Shown here piece after piece: positions 63,283-64,000 of a stretch of 64,000 nt of DNA. Source of the DNA: Diadema antillarum (taxonomy: Eukaryota). The stretch lies in NCBI RefSeq assembly GCF_040938485.1, contig NW_027270904.1:2480001-2544000 (forward strand), written 5' to 3'. Below the pieces are notes generated by a model, which was not told the DNA's origin, ran no database searches, and saw nothing but the letters and a program-made list of their open reading frames with translations. A program made the position numbers and the translations under genes. How positions within the stretch are numbered: the stretch's first letter is position 1; each line of letters starts with the position of its first letter.

Positions 63283-64000
63283 ACAATAAATTGTCACACA
63301 ATTAGTCCATGGGCAAAGACCCGAAAAATGGATTACTGGTGCCACCTGAGGTGGGAAGTTCTAGTTGTGCATTTTGAAATGGCATATATCTAAGGAATAT
63401 TATTTTGCTATAATAGCATTTCCAGAGTAGTAGCTTAGTCATAGATTTCAGCCATCAACCCGACCAATGCCAAATATTTTTGACGCTCTTTGACCAAAGA
63501 CAGGCAGAGTGTGACCTTTGAAAATTTCAAGGTTTTTAAACCAATTCCTCTGAAATTTGGCACATAATAATATTTAGCATATGATGCTCTAAGAAAATGA
63601 CAACATCAAAATTTCACCAAAACGTCGGATGGGGGTGCACTCAGTCAAAATACAATAAAAACAAAGAAAAATGTTCAGATTGATATTCAACTACTTTATT
63701 CTAAATCATGAATTGGGTATGTGAGGTAAAACAGAATCCAATTGTGCACTCATCTTATTTCAAATCTGCAAAGACAAAGGAACACATTTTGAGCCTTGAT
63801 TTGACAAATTTAGTGCATTTAAAGGGCCAAATCTTGCAAGAAAGTGATGTTTACCATATAAGAAATAGAGACAAAATTAAAGAGGGTGCTATAACAATTG
63901 TAATAATTAATGAATATTTCCTTAAAACAAAATTTGTTGTGGTTCTAACTGCATATATGTATTGCTTCGAAGCAGATTATTAGGTGCTATCACAATAATT

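Overview
AT-rich, intron-containing animal DNA, most likely an invertebrate deuterostome such as a sea urchin (inferred from gene and repeat types). The window is dominated by one minus-strand locus that I reconstructed by hand from GT-AG splice sites and reading phase. A 9-exon TIE/TEK-like ectodomain cassette (Ig-Ig-EGFx5-Ig-FN3, about 636 aa, all exons phase 1-1) occurs three times in tandem (C about 39.5-60.1 kb, B 29.7-39.3 kb, A 16.2-29.6 kb). Each copy is followed by a Pro/Thr/Glu/Gly mucin exon. In copy A the mucin exon is 4,356 nt and splices in frame into NIDO-AMOP-VWD exons (MUC4/SUSD2/Mesh-like) that run off the left edge. In B and C the mucin exon is short and ends in a stop codon at a half-MITE junction. 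The copies are nearly identical except for a 7-codon segment of Ig1 that differs at every position in all three. No kinase domain, transmembrane segment or signal-peptide exon was found. Introns carry a solo LTR, several CR1/L2-like LINE pieces, an RNase-H LINE fragment, TTAA- and TTA-target MITEs, a 3.07-kb foldback palindrome, and a TA-flanked TIR element with a near-intact LINE nested in it. Identities are judged by eye and no database searches were run.
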